Source: Hemiscyllium ocellatum
Lineage: Eukaryota
Assembly (NCBI RefSeq): GCF_020745735.1
Contig: NC_083408.1
Span: 51,614,484 to 51,678,483 of the forward strand
DNA: 64,000 nucleotides
Direction of reading: 5' to 3'
Positions 54,001 through 64,000 of this stretch are shown piece by piece. A program made the position numbers and the translations under genes. The notes beneath the pieces are model-generated. The model was not told the origin of the DNA. It made no database searches and saw only the letters and a list, made by a program, of their open reading frames with translations. The stretch's first letter is position 1; each line of letters begins with the position of its first letter.

Positions 54001-57000
54001 AATCATCTGATTCGGCATCTTCATAAAATAAATATGTAATGTCAATATTTATTTTGTTTTTTTCTTGTCGTCAGGTTCTAGACGTTTATTATTATTTCCA
54101 TTTTTAATAATTATGCGTTTGAAAACTTCATGGCAGTCTCTTTCAAATTTTGTAAACGTTATTTAGTTATTGTGGAAGTATGGTGACAGCTTTGTGTCAC
54201 AGCTGAACTAACACATTTTACATCAACTGTATTTTGTTTGAGATTCAATAAAACAGCAAATTTCTCGATAAAATATGCACTGCATCAGCTTGAAATTCGC
54301 TGAAATTAATCTTGCATTGTTTAGACGTTTCATCTGTTAGCTGCAGATTGCTTTTGCTGTTTCAATTAAAATAAGTGAAATGTAAAATAGATATTAGCTG
54401 GAAATCCACTGAATATTATATGGAGATAGTATAACGTGACAATATTTCGACTATTATTGATATCACCAAAGTGTAACAGCCGAAGTAGAAGTTGCTACGC
54501 AAGTTTTTTTTTTGCCTTGTAACATTATAATTATTTAACTTCTCTTCAAGTGAGCACAACTTCAATTAAAATAAAGGTGGTTAGTGCACACTGTCAATTT
54601 TAGATTGTAATTTCCTCAGGTCTATTCTAGTTAAAAAAAAAGACATTGCAAAATTTTTTGGAGTTTATTTCACGTATTAATTTCTGCAAAGTCATATGAA
54701 TTGTCCCCACTTTTTCTCGATTCTTTTAACAACATTAGTTTACATATATAATGAAACGTCTTTGATATGAATTATGCCAAGGTATGGGTTTTGATCGCAT
54801 GTTGTTGAGATTTTGCATTCCTCGCTAGCGACATCATCATTTCATCGCTCCATTGTTGTTAAGACTTTAAAAAAACGGTTGGGTTAAAGCTAAAATGTTT
54901 TAGTATATCTAGATTACCATAAATAAACTTAGCAACCAACTTCGTCTTTTCGTCCAGAAATATCAGAATTTTAATAGTGAAACACATTTCACTGAGCGTT
55001 CGGTTGGGGTTGTAATTTTACTTAGTAAAACGCAGTTTCAAACTTTTTGTTTTGAAATTAATTTGCATATCATAGCTCTAAATTTATGAACAAGTATAAA
55101 ATTGTTGTATTTCGCTTGACTTGAGTTGAAGGACGCTTTCCAAAACCTCAACCGTTAACTTTGCCACTCATATCAAACAGCCAAATACATTATAAGATAT
55201 GTCACCATGGTTGAAAACATTTTCAGTCATCACACTGAATCAATAAACAATACTTTTAGTGATAGTTTTAACCTGATTCTTCAAACCGAAGAGTCAGAAG
55301 CAAACACGCATATATATTTATTTTGTGTTCCTCGTAGTGAACTTGTACATCCAGGTTTGAGAACCTAATAAAACCCCCGCGCGTTTCAGCAGGACAGACA
55401 AGACCTGGAAAACCATTAGTGTTTTTGATTTCAATAAACTTAAACCCAACCCTTCCTAAGTACAGTCAATGCAAGTTTTACTTTCTGTAAATATTGATGT
55501 TTCCTTTTTTTTGCTTTTCGTTATAATGATTTTTCTTTCAGAATAAACAGAACACACACTTAGTATCTGACGTTACTGCTTCACATTAAAGTAGATGAGT
55601 CAGGAACGATCTGATATGTCTCACGATTAGCTAAGTTATTGACAAGGAGCTGGATAAGCACAGCGTCGTTTCATGAAAATTATGACAGTATATGACATAT
55701 GTTTATTGTCTTTTATTTCCTTAGTTAATGTTTTGGATAACAAAATTAAATTTAACCGGCATAATATGGCGCTTACCATTTGCAGGTGGTTAGACTAAAA
55801 ATGTATCAAAGCTAGACCCAACTAGTGCCTATGGAAAATATGATCGCTTTTCTTTCAAGTTTCCTTGATGAAATCAAATACACTTAAATTTGATCTAATT
55901 TAGCATTATACTGTGCACTGAGTGTTGGGATGATTTACCTCTTTTACCTTTGAGTTCTAGGGTCTGACAAAGGCTAGACAGATGGAATAAATCATCCCAA
56001 CAATTTGATGCTTCTTAAGGGCTGTAACTGAAACAACTTTGTCCTGCATTAACCCAGTTTTCATTGGATATGAGTCTACAGCACAAAACTGTCTGTAATT
56101 TGGCACCAATTGCAGCTGATTGGATAGTCTCACTTAGATAGGCCACATTGATGACTTGATGTATAGTAAATGGAAATATCAGGGCAATGATCTTTTAGCT
56201 AGGGCAAGAAATGCATGAAATAACACACCAAACACAAAACAATACCTATTCCTGCAGTAAACTTAAGATATCCACCAAGCTGTTTGGCATGTTTTGTGAT
56301 TTAGAAAGTTCAGTAGTTTGAAGGTTAGTACACAAAGGGAAACAAGTAAACATCTGTGATATAAATATAAGGTAATTACCAGATAAATTGACATTCTCTT
56401 ATTTAATTTCCTTGTTTATTTTTAAGTGTGTTTAACTATTTATGTAAGAACATATTTGAAATAGTAAACATTATTTGATTGCTTTTATTTAGGTGATAAT
56501 AAATGCTGTTTTAAATTTGTTAATAAAATTAGAAGTACCTATTTTCTTTACACTGATAAGAATTGTTAACTAGATTATTTCTAATGCATACCATATTAAA
56601 ATAATTCAGAGACATACTCTTTCTTCTACTATTTAGCAGTTGATATTTGATCTAAATAAAACACATTTCCTCATTACAAAAATGTGCAAAAATATAACTA
56701 CCAAAATCATTTCATTGATTTTATTTTAAGAGCAAAGAATGTTTACCTCATTTATATAAAATATTTTTTGTTCAGTGCTGTACATCTCAGAACATAAAGC
56801 CAGGCAAACAATTATCAACTAAAACTTATTGAAATATCTGTTGAAAATATGGTATAAAACTTGCATACTACTGTAGAGTCAGATGTACATGTAAGCATAT
56901 GAACATAAAGGATGGGGAGAAAGGCTGGCCATTTAACTTTACTTATGTTTAGTTTTATTTTGAACAAGTCATATGTTTGGTTACTTTACTAAACTACTTG

Positions 57001-58705
57001 CTTGCTTGGTCACCAAGTGTCCACTAATTCTTCAACAGAATTGCATATTATATAAAACTAATATCAGTTTGAAAAGCAACACTACATGCGTTAATTTAGG
57101 GTCTGGAGTCCCTCGTGTCTACTAATTACTTATGCAAGAATGTGCAGGCATCATGAAGAATAGAGGACATTGAGCTGGTTAAAACCAACAATTACCTCAT
57201 GCTTTAATTAACAAATTGATCCTTTTTCTTCTAGCACGATGCTTTTGCATACATATAGTAAAACAATACCCTGGCTCTGTATTTTCCAAAAATCACATAT
57301 TCACTTTTTTTATGATTTGTGAATAAAGTGTGAGATCACACAATCTAAGCTTTTAATGTGATTTATTAACATTTAGCTAGAGTGTGATTAATTAAGAATG
57401 TGCACATTCAAGACTATGTATATGTATGAAATTGCTTCTACTATACAAACAAACTAAATGTGCTCATTTGGACATCACAATAATAGAATATCTAAACTGA
57501 CTAACTTTATTCCCATTTGTCCCTATTATATTGTACATGCTATAGGTACTGCTGTGTAAACACAAATAAACTATTTACATTGATATTGAGAGAGATATTT
57601 GTAAATTAAGTATAATTATATTGATATACATGCATTAACAAATCAAGGAATGGTGACTTGTTTTTTTTTGTGTGGGCAAGGTTACACTATAGTTCTTCTT
57701 GATGATTTATAATGAGATAATACTGGAACAAACCAGTACAGAGAGTGCCCACTGAGGTTTGTTTTCAGCAAGCAGAAAGGATGCATTTTTCCAAAGTATT
57801 CCTTTGTTGTTTCCAGACATCACATGGCAAGAACTTATACTTTTATGGTTTCTTTAACAAAATAAGATGCTTAAAAGTGCCTCACCAACCTAGCAAATAC
57901 GAAAGCCAGACTATTTTTCCTTGGCTTTCAGAAAATTCATTCTCAATCAATCAGGGAATACAGTCTGGAGGTAATATCTTTCATAAATTCCTCCCCCTTA
58001 CTGGGAAGCCATTTGGTTGGGTCTTCAGTACAAAGTAGACACTTAGTAAGAATACACTCCTCTAGAACAATCCAGTTGCAACTAAAATGCATTAGCATCT
58101 GGAATAGAACTTTGGTTGCAATATTATTAATACCTTTTCATTTCAATCCATTGAGCCTTCAAGAACTGGGATGTTATAAAATTAGTTCATGTTATTTCGG
58201 AAAGTTTCTAGAAGTTTAGAGCATTGTACCTGATTTATATTAAATGCCCAGTACAAATGAATTTACATTATATGTCAATGTTTGAATAACTAAACTGTAT
58301 TTATTCTAATGGCCATGAAACATTGAAACTGATTATCTGATGTATTTTCTTGCAACAAAAATAAATCATGTTTGAATTAAATTTCCATGAGAATTTAATT
58401 TTGCAATAGAGTTTGGAATGTTTACATCTTTGGTAAGATTTTGTTAATAGCTTATTATCCTGAATTATTATTTGGGATAATTATTACATGTGAAAAAATG
58501 TATCAACTAAAACTTCTCCTTTAGCACTTCATCACTGCTAAGTAACAGTGAATGAGTGTGTATTTGTTTTCATCAACACTGTTAGCTTTATCTTCTACAA
58601 AAGTGAATGTTTACATCTTATGCACAATGCTGTATCTATTCTGACAGATATTTTTGTTAAGCTGGTGCAGCGGCATTATGATGATACTATATTAGTTTAT
58701 AAACA

Positions 58706-58986
58706 GTTAGGTTAGATTCCATACAGTGTGGAAGCAGGCCCTTCAGCCCAAACCAACCCTCCAAAGAGTAACCCACCCAGACCCATTTCCCACTGAATGA
58801 TGCACCTAATACTATGGGCAAGTTAGCATAGCCAATTCACTTGCACATCTTTGTGGCTGTGGGAGGAAACTCACACAGACACAGGGAGAATGTGCAAACT
58901 CCACAGTCACCCAAGGATGGAATTGAACCTGGGACCCTAGACCTGTGAGGCAGCAGTGCTAACCACTGAGCCACCATATCATACCC
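58706..58986 (-). mobile_element. HE1/V-SINE-type SINE
   Basis: Reverse complement of the 5370-5688 family (cagtgtggaagcaggccc...gcagtgctaaccactgagccacc). Confidence 0.9.
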
Positions 58987-60343
58987 TGATTGGTATCAAG
59001 CAGTACAACCATCAGAGACAGAAACATTCATTTTGACAGAAACTTTCTGAAGCTCGTGTCCACTCTTATCAGGCATGGATGTGGTAGAAGTTCAGCATTA
59101 ACAATCTGATAAATGATTGCAATTACATTGAATATAAAATATAATTGTTCGTCCCATATGCATTGCTCACTGTTTCAAAGAAAGAGAGTAGGAAATTGAA
59201 GTTATCGGGATAACTTTCAATCTAGGAAGAACTGGAGTTGGAATAGAATACTAAAGACAACGCTAACTATTATATTTTAAGATTTCATGGATTGGTTACC
59301 TAACCAGACTTCGGTTTTTTAATGGGTGCAACCATTTTAAAATGCAATGCAATAATTGTTTGAATTTGCAGCCCTGCAGGTAAATATTCTTTTGGGGGAC
59401 CATTGCTGAATTAAACTTTAAATAAATATCAGAATGCACCAGTTGTTTATTAGAGTTAATGAGAAAGGTGTCACTCTTATAATTTTTTCCCACTGTTACA
59501 GGTTTGGTGTGCCACCTTATGGAGTTAATGTGTGATGCAAACTATGCAATCCTTTTAATTATATTGATAATCTGCAACACATTGCTTTCCAATATATTTT
59601 CTTTAACTCCCAGTAATTTTAGCTTTGCTCCAATTTGCAAAGCATTTAGAATTAATTACAATATTTTTGGAAGAACCCATATCTTTGAAATTTGGAAGAT
59701 AAAAAATGCAAGAGAGCGCGAGGAGTATTAAAACCAAGCCACGCATACCTACATGCATCAGCACTGGAAAGCTAGCTATATAAATGCTCATTCAATAAAA
59801 TTATAAATGGCTCATGCTGTCCAGTATAATTCCTGTCATCAAAAATGTACTTGTAATGTCCTCTTGTTAAAACAAAATAGTGGCACAGTCTGATATATTG
59901 TCAATTTTTTGTGATTAGGCATTGCTGGTCTGTAATGTTCTTTAATCATATGACAGTGGTGAGAGTATTATCAGTAATCATAAATAAAGTGGCATTCTCA
60001 GAGGGTGAAAAGATGGAGCAAATGGTGAATGAATGTTCAATGTTATGAATGAACAATAAATGTTATTGCTGGAAATATCGAGAATGCTGAATGCTAGAGT
60101 GTATTCTGTGGAAAACACTGAGCTCTGCAGCAGCCCAGTGCAATACTGGTTGAACAGTTCAAGGTGAGACTTGCAATGCTGATGAAGTGGCAGAGTTAAT
60201 GATTGAAATGCAGGAAGATATTTGAAGTAGCTATCTGGGAAGAGGGAACATTGATTATAAATGAGCAAGTTGGTGAAGCAGCTGGGAAGTATGGCAGAGG
60301 AGAAAACAAGCAACATGGCAAGTTGTAAGATGCAAGTTTAAAA

Positions 60344-60468
60344 ACCTGATGAATGAGCGGCACTCTGAAAGCTAGTGTGCTTCCAATTAAACCTGTTGGA
60401 CTATAACCTGGTGTTGTGTGATTTTTAACTTTGTACACGCCTGTCCAACACCGGCATCTCCAAATCAT
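60344..60468 (+). mobile_element. Penelope-derived short element, family C, with hammerhead motif (60344-60377)
   Basis: ac-CTGATGA-a-tgagc-ggc-actct-GAAA-GC-TA-gt; 3' end tctccaaatcat resembles the family B end at 19141-19153. Confidence 0.7.
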
Positions 60469-60667
60469 ACGATGTAAGTAATTGCATAGCAGACACAAAA
60501 CACATGGAAAGAATGAGATGCTGTGATGGAGTAATATATAATTTGAAAAAGATAGTTGTAGTCAATGGGCTGGAATTCATTTTTGTTGAGGCATATACGT
60601 ATGGTGTTGCTGACTAGGTTGAATCAAGCAAGTTACTGTCTTTCAAATCAGTGGTATGTGAGGATGC

Positions 60668-60880
60668 TGGTTAGCTCATTTGACTTGATGGCTGTCTTAC
60701 AATGCAGAAGTAGCACCAACAATGTGGGTTCCATTTCAGGGTGCTGTGAAGACCTCTCCTTCTCAAACCTGTCCCCTCACCTGAGGTATGGTGACTCTCA
60801 GATTAAACTGTCATAAGTTGTTTCTCTCTAATAAGAGAGCAGCCCTGTGGCCTGGTAGGAGTATGGTGACATAACCTTTT
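60668..60880 (+). mobile_element. tRNA-derived SINE, third family
   Basis: tagctcatttga A-box, gggttccatttc B-box, shared body (ctcacctgagg...gagagcagccct). Confidence 0.7.
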
Positions 60881-61359
60881 GTGTATGCAAGGGTTATCCA
60901 CTTATAGAAAGTTTTATGGCTCATCTGTGCTTCATTGAAAATAATTGTGTATCATATTTTGGAATTTGCTGTGATAAGATGGAGCAGCACGTGCAGCATG
61001 TAACCATAGTGAAAAGACAGCTCATAAAGCGAGAGCACATAACTCCTGTCATGCGATAAGAAAATAATGATCAGTGGCTGAAGTATGGAAAGTAATAGCA
61101 GACCTTGGGGAATAAATCTTTGTCAATGCACATTTTATTTTCTGTAGTGGTTAAAGCTAACAGTCTTGTTGAATGTAACAGTTCTACAGAAAACAAAGCA
61201 GGCTGTTTAATTTCCTCTGTGTATCAGTTAAAACAAAATGCTTTCATTAGCTTTCTCTAACTTGGGCAAATCATTTCCCATTTGATGCAGCTGTTAAACA
61301 AGAAAATAATGCACAAAAGAACCAGTTACTCAGTTCACTGAAAACAATGAAAGAAAGTT

Positions 61360-61772
61360 GCGACAAAATACGCCGTTCACAATTAGAAGGATTCTCAAAG
61401 CTCTTTATAGACAATAAAGTACTTTTGAAATGTAATCTGTGTTGAAATGTAAGAAACATGGCAGCACATAGCAAGGTCTCACAAATAACCATGTGGTAAT
61501 GATCTGTTTTGGCAATACTGGTTGAGGGATAAATATTAACCGGGGCACTGGGGATAACTCCCATGATCTTATTTGAAAAAATGCCATGTTTACATCTATT
61601 ACATTCACCTAAGAAGTTGGAAAGGGTTTCTCTTTAACATCTTCTCTGAAAGAAGGCTTTCTTATCAGTGTTACCCTGAACTGTCTGTGTAGATTTCATG
61701 CTATGTCTCTAGAATAGGAGTTGAACTCACAGTCTTCTGACTCAGGAGTGCAACTACAGAGTCAAAGCTGAA
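61360..61772 (-). mobile_element. DeuSINE (SacSINE1/AmnSINE1-like)
   Basis: ggttgagggataaatatt...ggggataactccc...tgccatg and ttgaactcacagtcttctgactcag match the recalled Deu domain and tRNA head in reverse. Confidence 0.75.
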
Positions 61773-62012
61773 ACAAATGTTAAGTCAGAGGAAAAACATG
61801 GAAGATAACTGCTGAAATTTGCAAAATTAGCAATTATGTCCAAAGGGAAGAGGAGTGAAATGCAAGACATTGAAAAGGGATGATGTGGATTCCTCGGTCA
61901 ACTGGTTCTTTCAAAAACTTGACAATGCATTGAAGTATACTGTTACTGTGGTGAAAGAATTCTAATTATTATGGATAGTATATTGGAATGACAAATTATT
62001 CTATAACATTGG

Positions 62013-62230
62013 GTTCATATGAATTAGGAGCAAAGGTAGGCCATTTGGCCTTTCAACCTTTCTCTTCCATTCAGTAAGATCTTGGCTGATTTGTTTGCGT
62101 TCTGAACTCCATGTTCCCACCTATCCTGAATGAACATTGATTCTCTTACCTGTCAAGAAATTAGCAATCTCTACTCTAAAAACATTGAATGAGCCCACCT
62201 CCACCATCTTCTGTGGTAGAGGTACAAAAT
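62013..62230 (-). mobile_element. CR1 3' end fragment
   Basis: gaattaggagca..gtaggccatttggcc...aagatcttggctgat is a reverse CR1 tail. Confidence 0.7.
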
Positions 62231-62259
62231 AGAAACTCAAAACTAGAAATCCGTGAGGC

Positions 62260-62520
62260 ACTGAGCACTGTCAACAGTTGCAGTATTGTACCAAAACACA
62301 CCCAGTATCTCTCTCAATCAACATTACCATCAAGCCAGGGGATCAACCCTGGTTCAAACCACAGTACAAAGAGCATGCAAGGAGTAGTAGCACGCAAACC
62401 TTAAAGTCCGGTTTCAACTTGTATATCAAAAAACATAGGAAGGAAATGCTGAACAGAGCTGAGTGATCTGCAACCAATGAAGATGTTCAAGGCTTTGCCA
62501 GATCTAATCATGAGTGTTGG
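62260..62520 (+). mobile_element. L2/CR1-group LINE internal fragment
   Basis: Encodes ITIKPGDQPWF, the linker motif between the EN and RT domains. Confidence 0.65.
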
Positions 62521-62975
62521 TGAACTGGGCAGTGAGGTGGAAGATGAAGTTCAACATGAAGGTGTGAAGTGATGCATTTTGCCGGGAAGAACATGGACAG
62601 ATGATATGAAATAGTACATATAACAGCAAAGGAATTGCTTATACCGTGCGTAGATCTCTGAAAGTGGCAGAACAAGTGGAGATGACAGTTAATAAAGCGC
62701 ATAATATCCTGTGTTTTATTAATAGAGGCAGATGGCAAAACAGTGAGGAGATTATACTGAACTAAGACACATATTAGACCTCAAACAATTATTATGCACA
62801 GTTCTGGGTGGCACTCCATAAAGATGTGAACAGATTGAAAAGAGTCCCGAAGAGATTTATAAAAATGGTTCCAGGAATGAGCCACTTCTGTTCTGAGGAT
62901 ATAGTGAAGAGATTGAAAGTGTCCTCTTTGGAGGAGGAAGGCTAGGAGGAAACCTGATGGATGTTTTCAGACTTA
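62521..62975 (+). mobile_element. Old CR1 ORF2 C-terminal fragment
   Basis: WA.RWKMKFN..CEVMHF, YAQFW and KRFIKMVPG-like remnants. Confidence 0.7.
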
Positions 62976-63008
62976 TTGGACCCAGGTTGGGGGGGATCTC
63001 TAAAATAT

Positions 63009-64000
63009 GAAACCATGAGATATAACAGAATGAATCCATTTGGCCCACTGAGTCTGCTCTGCCATTTGATCATGGCTGATACATTTCTTAACCCCATTCT
63101 CCTGCCTTCTCCAGTAACCTTTGATCCCCCTACTGATCAAGAACCTAGCTATCTCTGTCTTAAACACACTCAATGACTTGGCTTCCACAGCTTTCTGCAA
63201 CAATGGGTTCCACAGATTCACCACCCTCTGGCTGAAGAAATTCCTCCTCATTTCAGTTCTAAAGTATTTCTTTTCACTCTGAGGCTGTGCCCTTGAGTCC
63301 GAACAGTGGAACCATCTTTTCCACATCCACTTTATCCTAGCCTCTCAGTATTCAGTACAGAGATGCAGAATCCTCAATTGCTCCTCACATGCAAAGCATT
63401 TCATCCCTTGTTATCATTCTTGTATACCTCCTCTTGACCCTCTCAGAGGTTAGCGCATCTTATTATAGATACAGGGCCCAAAATATTCCAAATTGACCAG
63501 AACTTATACAGCCTCAGCTGTACATCTTTGCTACTGTAATCTAATCCCCTCAAATTGCATGTTAACATTGCATTTGCCTTCCTAACTGCCAACTGAACCT
63601 GCATGGTAATCTTAAGAGAGTCCTGAACTAGGACTCCTAAGTGTTTTTATGATTCAGATGTCAAAAGCCTTTCCCCATTTAGAAAATAAGAATTCTAACA
63701 AATTCAAAGAATTCTAACAGATTTATCAGGGATGACCACCCCTTAATTAATCCAAGCAAACATAACCCTTTTTTTGTACCATGCATTTCTAAGTCCTGTG
63801 CAATCTCATCCTTAATAATGGACTTTAAAATCTGACCAATGACTGAGGTCAAACTAATGAGCTGATGATTCCCTGACTTCTGCCTCCCTCCCTTCTTAAA
63901 CAGGGGTGTCATTTTAGCCATTTTCCAGTTCTCTGGGGTCTTCCCTGATTCCAGTCATTCCTGAAAGATCATTATCACTACATCCAGAATCTTGTCAGCT
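63009..64000 (-). mobile_element. CR1 LINE fragment with internal deletion, running off the window
   Basis: Minus ORFs RTEMRRNFFSQRVVNLWN and TPLFKKGGRQKSGNHQLISLTSVIGQILKSIIKD. Confidence 0.9.

Overview
Vertebrate genomic DNA, almost certainly a shark or other cartilaginous fish, judged by its HE1/V-SINE, DeuSINE, CR1 and Penelope-derived repeats. It is centred on one protein-coding gene, the forkhead transcription factor FOXG1 (+, 39161-40393, 410 aa). Part of the forkhead box is replaced by 140 N, exactly the length the conserved domain requires. The gene lies in a ~32 kb CpG-retaining, nearly transposon-free domain (~23.6-55.8 kb). The CpG-depleted flanks are full of decayed LINEs (CR1, L2/CR1-type, RTE), tRNA-SINEs and Penelope-like fragments. 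Main leads: (1) a complete set of splice signals defines a hidden 788-nt intron (40281-41068) in this nominally single-exon gene. Splicing it would swap the last 37 aa and excise the miR-200/miR-9/miR-34 site cluster while keeping the poly(A) signal. (2) Three different Penelope-derived families each carry a minimal hammerhead ribozyme, several in inverted insertions with clear TSDs. (3) Two CR1 copies share a 116-bp identical tract that includes a stop codon. All calls were read by eye, and comparisons with human sequence or repeat consensuses are from memory and need alignment.
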